Positions 55,453 through 64,000 of a DNA stretch of 64,000 nucleotides are shown here, one piece after another (within the stretch, counting starts at the first letter, position 1; every line of letters starts with the position of its first letter). This DNA is from Calditrichia bacterium. Lineage in GTDB: Bacteria > Calditrichota > Calditrichia > RBG-13-44-9 > J075. A program made the translations under genes and the position numbers. The stretch is taken from assembly GCA_050633245.1 (NCBI GenBank), contig JBOEGD010000024.1:331799-395798 (forward strand), written 5' to 3'. Below the pieces are notes generated by a model. That model was given only the letters and a program-made list of their open reading frames with translations. It ran no database searches and was not told the origin of the DNA.

Positions 55453-57099
55453 ATGATCACCAGGTCTACTATGTATTCTTTAGTTATTGCCGGTGTTTTT
55501 CTGAGCAATTTATCCGCAGAGGAGCGGAAGAAAAAGCCGGATGTGACACCCGTTAAGAAAAATAGTTTCATTGCTGATATTGCGGTTATGGATGTTAATA
55601 ATATTGCATTGGACTTAATGAATGATGGTAGCTCGGGCAATGATGGAAGAGGTTTTTATCCGAGCGGATCCGGTCTTTCATTTCTTTTTCAGGCAGGTGT
55701 GTCTGTATCCGGATTTGTTAATGGAGATCTTCGCACCGGCTGGATGGCAAAGTCATTACTAGTTCTGGAACTACAACCCGGCACAATGAACCAGAGTCCA
55801 CAGGCTCCTGATGCACGATTTTACGAGGTTAAACTAACCGACAACTTCGGCTCTCCCAACTATATCGCCTGGCAGGAAGCGGTTGCTCAGGGAGCTGGAT
55901 TTCAGGATCTTGACGGCAACGGAATTTATAATCCCAATGTAGATCGCCCCGACATCATTGGAGACATCACCTACTGGACTGCCTTCAACGACTGCACGTC
56001 TATCTCGCAACGTACACCTCGGTATCAAACTGAACCACTTGGGATTGAAATCCACCAGACCGTTTGGGTTTTGGAGCGGTCTGATGGATTCGGCGATATC
56101 ATTTTTTTCCGTTATCGGCTCTTTAATAAGAATGAAAATCCAATTGACTCCCTGTTGTTTTCTCATTGGTCCGACCCGGATATTGGTGATCATGGCGATG
56201 ATCTGATAGGTAGTGATATTCCACTGCAGTTGAGCTATTGCTATAACAATGGGAGTGATTTAATGTATGGAATAAACCCACCGGCCTTTGGTGTTAGACT
56301 CTTGCAGGGGCCGATTATACCAATGCCGGGTGGAACAGCATATCGATTCCGCGGCTTTGCCTTGGGAACGGAGGTAATACAAGATGCAGTGAATCTTGCC
56401 GCGTCATCTGTTCTGAGCTTTATAAATTCCGACCCTGTTTTTGGGGATCCGGGTACGGCAACAGTAGCCCGTTATTATCAGGAAGGCTGTAGAGATGTTT
56501 CCGGCCAGCCTATTATTCCATCTGCCTGGGGCACTGGGGGGACAACGGCTGATAATTGTAAATTCTTTTATAGTGGCGATCCGGTTGCCGGAACCGGCTG
56601 GCGTGATACCGCGCCGCTAGACAAGCGCATGATATTTAGCGTTGCACCATTTCACTTCGCAGCTGGAGATACACAGGAGGTTATTTTTGCCTACCTGGTT
56701 GGCAGAGGCAATGATCATCTGGATTCTGTTACGGAACTAAAAGATCGGGCCGAGCTTGCAGAAACCTATATTGGCTTTTCACAACCGCCAGTCGGTATTG
56801 AAAATCTTGTTACCCCGGCAGAAAACTTCAGGCTTTTTGCCAACTACCCTAATCCATTTAATCCAACGACGACTATCCAATATGAATTACCTTACGCTAC
56901 TCGGATAAAGCTGACTGTATACGATCCGCTTGGTCGTGAAGTGCGAACGCTCGTTAATACTCATAAGAATGCGGGTGAAAATCAAGTGGTTTGGGATGGC
57001 CGGGATGCATCCGGCAATGATGTCTCCAGCGGAATTTATATCTACCGGTTGATCACTGAGAGCACCAGCGTCGCCAGAAAAATGCTGCTGGTTCGCTAA
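55453..57099 (+). CDS. secreted protein, same uncharacterised family (divergent), T9SS type-A/FlgD-Ig-like CTD
   Basis: DVNNI, GA.FQDLDGNG.Y, PLGIEIHQT, WSDPDIG...DDLIGSD, PPAFG..LLQGP, GDTQEVI; NYPNPFNPTT CTD. Confidence 0.85.
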   Translation: MITRSTMYSLVIAGVFLSNLSAEERKKKPDVTPVKKNSFIADIAVMDVNNIALDLMNDGSSGNDGRGFYPSGSGLSFLFQAGVSVSGFVNGDLRTGWMAKSLLVLELQPGTMNQSPQAPDARFYEVKLTDNFGSPNYIAWQEAVAQGAGFQDLDGNGIYNPNVDRPDIIGDITYWTAFNDCTSISQRTPRYQTEPLGIEIHQTVWVLERSDGFGDIIFFRYRLFNKNENPIDSLLFSHWSDPDIGDHGDDLIGSDIPLQLSYCYNNGSDLMYGINPPAFGVRLLQGPIIPMPGGTAYRFRGFALGTEVIQDAVNLAASSVLSFINSDPVFGDPGTATVARYYQEGCRDVSGQPIIPSAWGTGGTTADNCKFFYSGDPVAGTGWRDTAPLDKRMIFSVAPFHFAAGDTQEVIFAYLVGRGNDHLDSVTELKDRAELAETYIGFSQPPVGIENLVTPAENFRLFANYPNPFNPTTTIQYELPYATRIKLTVYDPLGREVRTLVNTHKNAGENQVVWDGRDASGNDVSSGIYIYRLITESTSVARKMLLVR

Positions 57100-57174
57100 G
57101 AAAAAATGCCTGTCTGGTTTTCGGTTGCTGAAAAAGTATTCCTTCCCTAGTTTTCGCTAAAGAACGAGGACAGC

Positions 57175-57930
57175 ATGAATTTTAGAGAACTTCATTTTCA
57201 AGAGAAGCCACTGCTTATAGGTAATGTGTGGGATGTCGGCAGCGCAAAAGCCTTTGAAAAAGCCGGGTTTAGCGCACTTGGCACGTCCAGTGCGGCAATT
57301 GCTCATTCACTTGGCTATGAAGATGGTGAGCAGATGAGTTTTGATGAGCTGCTATTTATCGTGAAGCGAATTCGAGCTGCTACAACACTTCCCTTGTCCG
57401 TTGATGTAGAAGCAGGCTATGCTGAAAACTCAGCAGATATCATATCAAATATTGAACGGCTGTACGAGCTTGGAATTACCGGCATCAATATTGAAGATTC
57501 ACTATCCGATGGTAAGCGCACGCTTCTGTCGATTGATCATTTTGTTCCAACGTTGAAGGCGATTTCTGACTACCTCAAGTCTGGCTCCATCGACATGTTT
57601 TTAAACGTGCGTACCGATGCCTTTCTCTTGGGGCTGCCAAATGCTTTGCAGGAATCCGAGCTGCGAGCAAGTGCCTACCGAGAGGCCGGTGCAGACGGAC
57701 TTTTCGTGCCCGGAATAACGGCCGAGTCAGATATTGCTGCCATTGTGAACTCCGCTCAATTGCCTGTGAATGTAATGGCGATGCCAAATCTGCCAAACTT
57801 TGAAATCCTTACGGAGCTCGGTGTAAAACGCATCAGTATGGGGAATTTCCCGCATGCGGCATTGTTCAATTCTTTCGATTCGATACTAAAAACGATTCTC
57901 TCAGACAATTCTTTTGCATCAATTACTTAA
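57175..57930 (+). CDS. isocitrate lyase/PEP mutase family protein
   Basis: NVWDVGSA, GTSSAAIA, SVDVEAGY, GINIED, NVRTD, AGADGLFVP. Confidence 0.9.
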   Translation: MNFRELHFQEKPLLIGNVWDVGSAKAFEKAGFSALGTSSAAIAHSLGYEDGEQMSFDELLFIVKRIRAATTLPLSVDVEAGYAENSADIISNIERLYELGITGINIEDSLSDGKRTLLSIDHFVPTLKAISDYLKSGSIDMFLNVRTDAFLLGLPNALQESELRASAYREAGADGLFVPGITAESDIAAIVNSAQLPVNVMAMPNLPNFEILTELGVKRISMGNFPHAALFNSFDSILKTILSDNSFASIT

Positions 57931-58000
57931 CATTGATTTCTTTCTAATATGAATGCATGTCGAGCACTATTGCCTATTCACAATTCACTTGAGGTTGAAA

Positions 58001-58468
58001 ATGAAATATGTAGCAACGATTTCCTGGCAAAAGAAGCCTGAAGAAGCATTTACCGACAATAAATACAGTCGCGCCCACCACTGGCGTTTTGACGGTGGGG
58101 CAGAGGTGTATGCCAGCGCCTCGCCGGATATCGTTCCATTGCCGTATTCCGATGCCGCAGGTGTCGATCCGGAAGAAGCATTTGTCGCATCGCTATCAAG
58201 CTGTCACATGCTGTTCTTCCTATCTTTTGCTGCTGCGAAGAATTTTACCATTCTATCTTATGAAGACAATGCTGAGGGTGTAATGGGTAAAAACACAGAG
58301 AATCGTACAGCAATGACGGAAGTAACGTTGAAACCAAGAGTACAGTTTGGCGGAGATAATATTCCGACCGCTGAGCAGATTGATGCGCTTCACCACCGGT
58401 CGCATAAGGCCTGTTTTATTGCGAATTCAGTGAAAACGAAGGTGACAGTCGTCCCGGTCAACGACTAA
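58001..58468 (+). CDS. OsmC family protein
   Basis: YSRAH.W.FDGG, DPEEAFVASLSSCHML, CFIANSV; GAGG RBS before ATG 58001. Confidence 0.9.
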   Translation: MKYVATISWQKKPEEAFTDNKYSRAHHWRFDGGAEVYASASPDIVPLPYSDAAGVDPEEAFVASLSSCHMLFFLSFAAAKNFTILSYEDNAEGVMGKNTENRTAMTEVTLKPRVQFGGDNIPTAEQIDALHHRSHKACFIANSVKTKVTVVPVND

Positions 58469-58471
58469 AGT

Positions 58472-58552
58472 AGTTTTGAAGCAACTAGGCAGTTTTGAAG
58501 CAAGTGGAGCAGTTTTGAAGCAATTGGAGCAGTTTTCAAAACTGCTCCAATT
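58472..58552. repeat. REP-like family B: tandem 19-20-bp half-arms plus perfect 31-bp palindrome
   Basis: Three AGTTTTGAAGCAA-containing units, then AATTGGAGCAGTTTT-C-AAAACTGCTCCAATT (58522-58552). Confidence 0.88.
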
Positions 58553-58657
58553 TAGCCTTAGCATCTTTTTGCGGAACGCTTTGCTCTTCAGAATCGAGTC
58601 TGCAAAAATAGGTGCCGGTGGTGAGCTTGCTTCCATCCAGGTGAAGAGCCTTCTAGA

Positions 58658-59473
58658 CTAAGCTGGTCGCGTATCTATTCGTTCAAAGATGGATCGATAG
58701 TTTCTACTGCCGCGGAGGGAGATTCCATCGTTCATTTCTACGTAATAGTCGCCATTCAGGTGAGGTGTAATCGTTTGGACCTTAGAAATATTCACCGCGG
58801 TAGAGCGATGAATTCGTATGAACTGCTGCTCGGGAAGCCGTTGAAGCAGAGATTTTATAGAGTCTCGCACCAGAAAACGCCGAGTGGGCAGGTGAAGTTG
58901 AACATAATAGTCCTCCGCTGTGATATAGTGGATATCTCCCGGAGAGATGAAGTGTATTCTCCCATCACACTTAATTGTTATTCGATCTGGCGTATGAAGC
59001 TCAGATACTCCTTCTACAAAGCGCCCACGATTTTGCTGCCGTTCATCCCGGGAATAATTCTTCAGCAGAGTATAGAGTTTTTGTCGTTCAGTTTCAATGT
59101 CGGTCTGTTGAATCCGCGTTTTAGCCAGATTTAATGCTTCGAAAAAGCGTTCATTCGTGAACGGCTTAAGCAGATAATCTACTGCATGTACATCAAATGC
59201 GCGCAAAGCGTACTGATCATAAGCCGTGGTGAAAATTACAAGCGGCATAGATTCCTGTGAGATGCTGTTTAATACATCAAATCCGTTTACCTCCGGCATT
59301 TGAATGTCCAGAAGAATCATCTGTGGTTGACATTGATTGATTTGCTCAATCGCCTCCATGCCATTGCCACAACTTGCAAGTAACTCAATGGAGTTGTCCA
59401 TTCTCAACAGCGTTTGCAGGCCTTTCCGCGCCTGCTGTTCGTCATCTACAATTATCGCAGTATAGGTAGTCAA
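58658..59473 (-). CDS. LytTR family response regulator
   Basis: IVDDE, LDIQMP, TAYDQYAL.AF...AVDYLLKP, FIRIHRS. Confidence 0.93.
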   Translation of the reverse strand: MTTYTAIIVDDEQQARKGLQTLLRMDNSIELLASCGNGMEAIEQINQCQPQMILLDIQMPEVNGFDVLNSISQESMPLVIFTTAYDQYALRAFDVHAVDYLLKPFTNERFFEALNLAKTRIQQTDIETERQKLYTLLKNYSRDERQQNRGRFVEGVSELHTPDRITIKCDGRIHFISPGDIHYITAEDYYVQLHLPTRRFLVRDSIKSLLQRLPEQQFIRIHRSTAVNISKVQTITPHLNGDYYVEMNDGISLRGSRNYRSIFERIDTRPA

Positions 59474-60618
59474 TTGTTCAGCTCTTGTTGTTGAAACGGG
59501 ATTTCCAATTCCACTTTCACCCCATTGCCATGGTTGTTAATTCGCATTTCGTAGCGGTCTGAATAAAGTTTCTGCAGTCTTTCGCGTACATTTGTCAATC
59601 CAATACTGTCATAAGAGATTTCAATCCCGGATTCCGGCAACGGTGGCCCGCTATTGAAAACCGTCAGCATTAAAGTTCCATTTTTCCGAGAACAATTGAT
59701 TTCGAGTCTGGCCTCTTTCATGCAGAATGAGATGCCGTGTTTAAAAGCATTCTCTACCAGCGGTTGCAGGATGAGACTGGGAACCAGCGCATTGTCCGTC
59801 GTGGCTGAACTTTCTATGCTGCAAGTGAGGCGATCGCGAAAACGAATTTGCTCAATAGCCAAATACTTTGAAGTCAACTCAAGCTCTTCTTTCAGGGAGA
59901 TATACTGCTCATGTTCTCTGGTTAATGTTGTGCGCAGTAAATCGCTTAGACCGGAAATCATTTCCACAGCCTGGTCGTACTGACCGGTGCGAATCAACAT
60001 TGCTATCGTATTATTTGCATTAAATAGGAAGTGTGGTTGGACTTGCATACGAAGTGCCTGAAGTTCTGCCTGACCCAGTTGAGTTTCAAGCTCTGCAGCT
60101 AAAAGCGATTGTTGCCGAGACTTTTCATAGTAGGACAAGGCAAACAATATTACCAGCACCATCCAATAGCTTGCGGTGCTGTCTATCCATGGCGGCACAA
60201 ATCGTGTTGTAAGACGATCAATCATGAATGCCAGGTAGTCTTGCGGTATATTCTGGCCAACATAAACGTAGCTGGAAAAAAGCCAACAGAGGATAAGCGT
60301 ATGCATTGCGCTGAACAGAAGTGATGCCGGAAGTTGAACTAGAACTCGCTTTGCCCAACTGAGCTGTAGCGTTCTTTTGAAAAGCTGATAAATGGGATAG
60401 CTGATTATAAACCACGAAAGAATGTAGCAGCTGATAAATGGCAGTACGACCAACAAAGAGAAATCGCGACCGGCATAAACGGTGTTTGCCCAGTTTTTAA
60501 TCAGATCCAAAATGCCCAGAAATACCCAGAAGCCCAGCATCATCTGTGCAGGGCTGATTGTGCGGGATTTTGTGATGTTTTGTACTGAGGTTGTCATTAG
60601 CTGTTTAACCGGTTTCAT
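59470..60618 (-). CDS. LytS-type sensor histidine kinase
   Basis: N-terminal TMs; LRMQVQPHFLFNA, EQIRF.DRL, LQPLVENAFKHG, IGLTNVRERL; start may be 60597. Confidence 0.92.
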   Translation of the reverse strand: MKPVKQLMTTSVQNITKSRTISPAQMMLGFWVFLGILDLIKNWANTVYAGRDFSLLVVLPFISCYILSWFIISYPIYQLFKRTLQLSWAKRVLVQLPASLLFSAMHTLILCWLFSSYVYVGQNIPQDYLAFMIDRLTTRFVPPWIDSTASYWMVLVILFALSYYEKSRQQSLLAAELETQLGQAELQALRMQVQPHFLFNANNTIAMLIRTGQYDQAVEMISGLSDLLRTTLTREHEQYISLKEELELTSKYLAIEQIRFRDRLTCSIESSATTDNALVPSLILQPLVENAFKHGISFCMKEARLEINCSRKNGTLMLTVFNSGPPLPESGIEISYDSIGLTNVRERLQKLYSDRYEMRINNHGNGVKVELEIPFQQQELNN

Positions 60619-61312
60619 TTAGCATTTGTTCGAGCTTTTTTTCCGCACGACTCTTCCAGAATGGAATGAAGTCTTTATTCCAATAGGTTGTCATACCGCG
60701 ATTTGGTGCTTTGCTGAATATCTCGTCGGCTTTTTCCAACAATATAATTCCGGCGATCACTTCCTGATAGGTTTTGTCTTCTCCGGTAAGTGCTATGCCG
60801 TTTAGCACCATTAGCAGTGGATTTTTTGGATTTAGCCTGGCCGCTGAAAGATATTCCTGCTCCTTTAGTTTAATATACCGCTCTTTGTCCGCTTCGGTTT
60901 CAGCAACTATCCAGTTTTGAAAATTGTAGATAAAACCCTGAAGCATGTGAAAGTCCGATTGTTGTGCTGTAGACTTTTGCGGCAAGCGTTTATCGGCATT
61001 ATTATAGTGCTGCTGTGCTTCATAAATAAGTGCTTTTGGGTCGAGATCCTTCGGGAAATCATCAAGTCGACCTTTTAGCCGGGCTATTTGTGTGCACAGA
61101 TACGCTGCCCAATAGTTTGGCAGCCACTGGTTGGGATGCTTATTGCCAAGTGCCTTAAAAGCATTCAGCGCTTCTATTTCACCTGTAACAGTCTTTGTGG
61201 TATCGTGAATAGTGATTGCAGTCTTCATGTCTGCCTGAAAGGTTTGTGCTGTTGCCGCGGTAATAAGCAACAGACTTATACATAAGGTGATGATACAGCG
61301 GTTATGGTTCAT
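60605..61312 (-). CDS. secreted helical (TPR-like) hypothetical protein
   Basis: GGAGG RBS before ATG 61312; signal peptide ending ATA/Q; WLPNYWAAY. Confidence 0.75.
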   Translation of the reverse strand: MNHNRCIITLCISLLLITAATAQTFQADMKTAITIHDTTKTVTGEIEALNAFKALGNKHPNQWLPNYWAAYLCTQIARLKGRLDDFPKDLDPKALIYEAQQHYNNADKRLPQKSTAQQSDFHMLQGFIYNFQNWIVAETEADKERYIKLKEQEYLSAARLNPKNPLLMVLNGIALTGEDKTYQEVIAGIILLEKADEIFSKAPNRGMTTYWNKDFIPFWKSRAEKKLEQMLNETG

Positions 61313-61376
61313 ACGTCCTCCGGTTTGGGTGATATCGGAAGATAGGGGTTGCCGATGAAGTTGCAAGCAATAGTCC

Positions 61377-61407
61377 GTAAGCTGAGTCGGATCCGCAGTA
61401 AGCAGAG
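61377..61407 (-). promoter_or_regulatory. putative LytTR binding direct repeat
   Basis: GTAAGCTGAG and GTAAGCAGAG with a 21-bp period upstream of the operon. Confidence 0.5.
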
Positions 61408-61613
61408 CTTGTTTAGCTGTTCCCATCATCTCGATGTGATTCCCGTCCTTTGATTGAGAGTGGGATTACACTATATTTTTGCAAACTCTACAATCGTTTA
61501 ATATCGTGAAGCGACAACATATCTTTCCACTTAACAACTCACGCATTACGTTTAATGTTTGTTCTGGCTGAGTTATGTTGAGAGAATCCTTACTCTTTGG
61601 AAATCTTTAAGTT

Positions 61614-63008
61614 ATGATGAAAGCACAATTGCCGGTTGGCGCCATTGTTGATGATAAGTATGAAATTCTGAGCATTCTTGGTCAGGGTGGGATGGGTATT
61701 GTCTATTTGGCGCGACATCTTCGCTTAGAGAAAGATGTTGCGCTAAAAGTGCTCTATCCAAACCTGATGGCAGATCGCGATGCTCAGGAAAAGCGTTTTC
61801 TGGTAGAAGGGCAGGCGATGGCGCAGCTGCAGCACAAGCACATTGTTGCAGTAAGCGATCTAAAAATTAGCGACGATCTATTTTTTCTTGAGATGGAGTT
61901 AATCGATGGTGAAACTCTCGATGCGCATATCAGGCAGTCAGGCCCACTCGAGGTTAAGCGCGCACTGCACCTCTTAAAACAAATTCTTGAAGCGATTCGC
62001 GCTGCCCACGAGCATCCTATCCGAATCCTTCATCGCGATCTGAAACCGGGAAACATTATGCTAACCTCTGCGGACAACGTGAAGGTGACAGATTTCGGAC
62101 TTGCAAAAATGCGCGAGGGAATGAATCTTACGCTGGATGGAGCATCTGCGGGAACGATGGGATATTCGGCACCCGAGCAATTTCTAAGCCTGAAAAAAGC
62201 CGATGAGAGAAGCGATATTTATGCGCTGGGTATGATCCTGTACTCCATGTTGTTGGGCAGTAAACCCTCTTATTCAACCGATGATGAGGGTAATATTCAA
62301 TCGCCTTCCGTCCTCCTGCCGGATTTATCTCAGAAAATTTGTGCCGTTATCGACAAGGCCATTCAGATAGATCCTGTTAATCGTTTTCAATCTATTGCTG
62401 AGATGCAGCGGGCACTGTTTGCGGCAACGCCGGTTTCTGCCGATGCAGAGACAATTCTTGAAGAATCACCATCTGATAATTCTGAAAAGGTGAAGCTAAA
62501 TAGCAATACGAAACAACAGAAACCGTCTCATGGCGGTGAAGAGCTGGTGCTGCCGTCTGTTGAAGAAGCTGTTCCGTTAATTAAGCAGCGCAATCTTGCA
62601 TTGATTTTACTGATTCCCGTTGCGCTGCTGATTTTTTGGTTTGCTATTCCCAACGACCCTCCCGACAAGCCGACAGAAACTGTTTTAGCGCAACACGCTG
62701 ATTTGCCGACCTTCCCCCCGACTGTGGTCGAAGCCATGCAGATAGAACACTCGAATGATCTGCTGAAATTCCTGCAGCAAAAACGCCGTGAGGGTGTTTT
62801 GTTGGTTGGTAACAAAAGTGACATGGGTAATTTTATTCAGGATGTCTATGTTGTAATCTTTGATACGTCGCGTGTACATGCGATCCTGAACAGTACTGAA
62901 GCCGGTTTTGTTGAACTTAAAAGCGGCAAGGAACTATCGAACCTGTCTAAATATCAAGCAGATGGCATTCGCACGGCATGGATAAAATTGTATGATGCTG
63001 CAAAATAG
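61614..63008 (+). CDS. membrane Ser/Thr protein kinase (Hanks type)
   Basis: LGQGGMG.VY, VALK, HRDLKPGN, DFGLAK, YSAPEQ, SDIYALG; one TM helix. Confidence 0.93.
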   Translation: MMKAQLPVGAIVDDKYEILSILGQGGMGIVYLARHLRLEKDVALKVLYPNLMADRDAQEKRFLVEGQAMAQLQHKHIVAVSDLKISDDLFFLEMELIDGETLDAHIRQSGPLEVKRALHLLKQILEAIRAAHEHPIRILHRDLKPGNIMLTSADNVKVTDFGLAKMREGMNLTLDGASAGTMGYSAPEQFLSLKKADERSDIYALGMILYSMLLGSKPSYSTDDEGNIQSPSVLLPDLSQKICAVIDKAIQIDPVNRFQSIAEMQRALFAATPVSADAETILEESPSDNSEKVKLNSNTKQQKPSHGGEELVLPSVEEAVPLIKQRNLALILLIPVALLIFWFAIPNDPPDKPTETVLAQHADLPTFPPTVVEAMQIEHSNDLLKFLQQKRREGVLLVGNKSDMGNFIQDVYVVIFDTSRVHAILNSTEAGFVELKSGKELSNLSKYQADGIRTAWIKLYDAAK

Positions 63009-63017
63009 GATAAGTGT

Positions 63018-64000
63018 ATGAGATACCTTGTTACAATACTACTTGTTTTTTTACTCGCTCCGGGACTACAGGCAAGCACGACCAAGGTTGTATTAATGGC
63101 TGGTGCAGATGTGGATCTTACCCGGAAGCTGGAAACGAGCTTGACCGATGTATTAAATACGGTCAACTCAAATTATGACCTGAATGGCCCGCTGGACAGG
63201 CTGTCTACTCGATTTTCAGAGAACGCCTTTCAAAAATTTCAAAAGCTTTCCAGCATAACGCGCATGTATGCCGAACGCAATGAGTATCGCCTTCTGCTCA
63301 CAACTACAGAGGAAGGCCATTACGAGGTGCGGGATGTTGTGGTGCGGGTTGACCCCGGAAGTACTCAAAATGTCCCGTTTCAAAATCTAGTATTTGTGTT
63401 CAATTCCTCAGGAATAATTGTCAACGTCTATTTTGCCATTGAAACGCATCATTATCGCGATATCCTTGGTTATGGCAAAGCCGTACAGGATCTGGCAAAC
63501 CGCGAAAAGATATTGTTCTTTCTGGAGCTCTACCGATCTGCCTACAGTTCTAAGGATGTAGACTTTATCCGCAGCACATTGTCTGATAATGCGTTGATTA
63601 TTGTGGGGCAGGTGGTAGAAGAGCGTGAAGCCACTGCAGACTTTTTGAATAAGAGCTCATTGAGCCGAGATAAGATTAACTTCATTCGCCTGGAAAAAAG
63701 CAGCTATCTGCAGCGCCTCTCTAAGGTCTTTAAGCAAAATGATTTTGTACACATCGAATTTGATCAGGTGCGATTACAGAGGCATCCAAATCTCAAGGAG
63801 ATTTACGGCATTCAGCTAAAGCAGCGCTGGAATTCGTCTAATTATACAGATGAAGGTTATCTTTTTCTGATGATAGATTTTAAGAACCCCGAAGAGCCGA
63901 TGATTCACGTGCGTGCCTGGCAGCCACAGGTGTTTGAAGATGACTCAACTATCTCTATCTACGACTTTGAATTACTTCCGGGAGTTGATACAGACGAATG
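63018..64000 (+). CDS. secreted NTF2-like protein (open at window edge; missing from the ORF track)
   Basis: ATG 63018 gives MRYLVTILLVFLLAPGLQAS...; YRSAY..KD, LSDNALIIVG, DEGYLFLMIDF, IHVRAWQP; frame ends GAA TG at the edge, so a TGA stop may follow. Confidence 0.8.
   Translation, partial: MRYLVTILLVFLLAPGLQASTTKVVLMAGADVDLTRKLETSLTDVLNTVNSNYDLNGPLDRLSTRFSENAFQKFQKLSSITRMYAERNEYRLLLTTTEEGHYEVRDVVVRVDPGSTQNVPFQNLVFVFNSSGIIVNVYFAIETHHYRDILGYGKAVQDLANREKILFFLELYRSAYSSKDVDFIRSTLSDNALIIVGQVVEEREATADFLNKSSLSRDKINFIRLEKSSYLQRLSKVFKQNDFVHIEFDQVRLQRHPNLKEIYGIQLKQRWNSSNYTDEGYLFLMIDFKNPEEPMIHVRAWQPQVFEDDSTISIYDFELLPGVDTDE

Noticed and set aside
58476-58661. 61-aa ORF sharing LEQFSKLLQ with the 22197 ORF
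   Set aside because: The similarity comes only from the shared DNA palindrome.

Overview
Core-chromosome window from a diderm bacterium. It is most likely Calditrichota or a related FCB-adjacent lineage; this is inferred from five proteins ending in a T9SS type-A/FlgD-Ig-like C-terminal domain, a lipoprotein clade II NosZ and HprK. No prophage, IS transposase, CRISPR-Cas or defence island is visible. Housekeeping and metabolic content: argS, cysS, thioredoxin-TPR, hprK-EIIA, two tRNA-Gly genes, convergent xylA/xylB, a CpxP/CpxR/CpxA-like module, a LytS/LytTR pair, a Ser/Thr kinase and a complete clade II N2O reductase cluster (Rrf2, cyt c, nosZ, nosB-L, nosD, nosF, nosY). Best leads: (1) a sigma-less RsbU-RsbW-STAS partner-switching module tightly coupled to an MlaE/F/D-PqiC transporter, with mlaE probably starting at CTG in frame after the STAS stop; (2) a second tRNA-Gly(UCC) whose T-stem carries weak-EF-Tu base pairs like non-proteinogenic tRNAs; (3) intergenic arrays that hold a strict 7-nt register while the unit sequence drifts; (4) REP-like palindromes with tandemly amplified half-arms; (5) four paralogues of an uncharacterised secreted protein family; (6) a Tat-signal nitroreductase-like protein divergent from the nos cluster. 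All calls come from reading motifs by eye; no searches were run.
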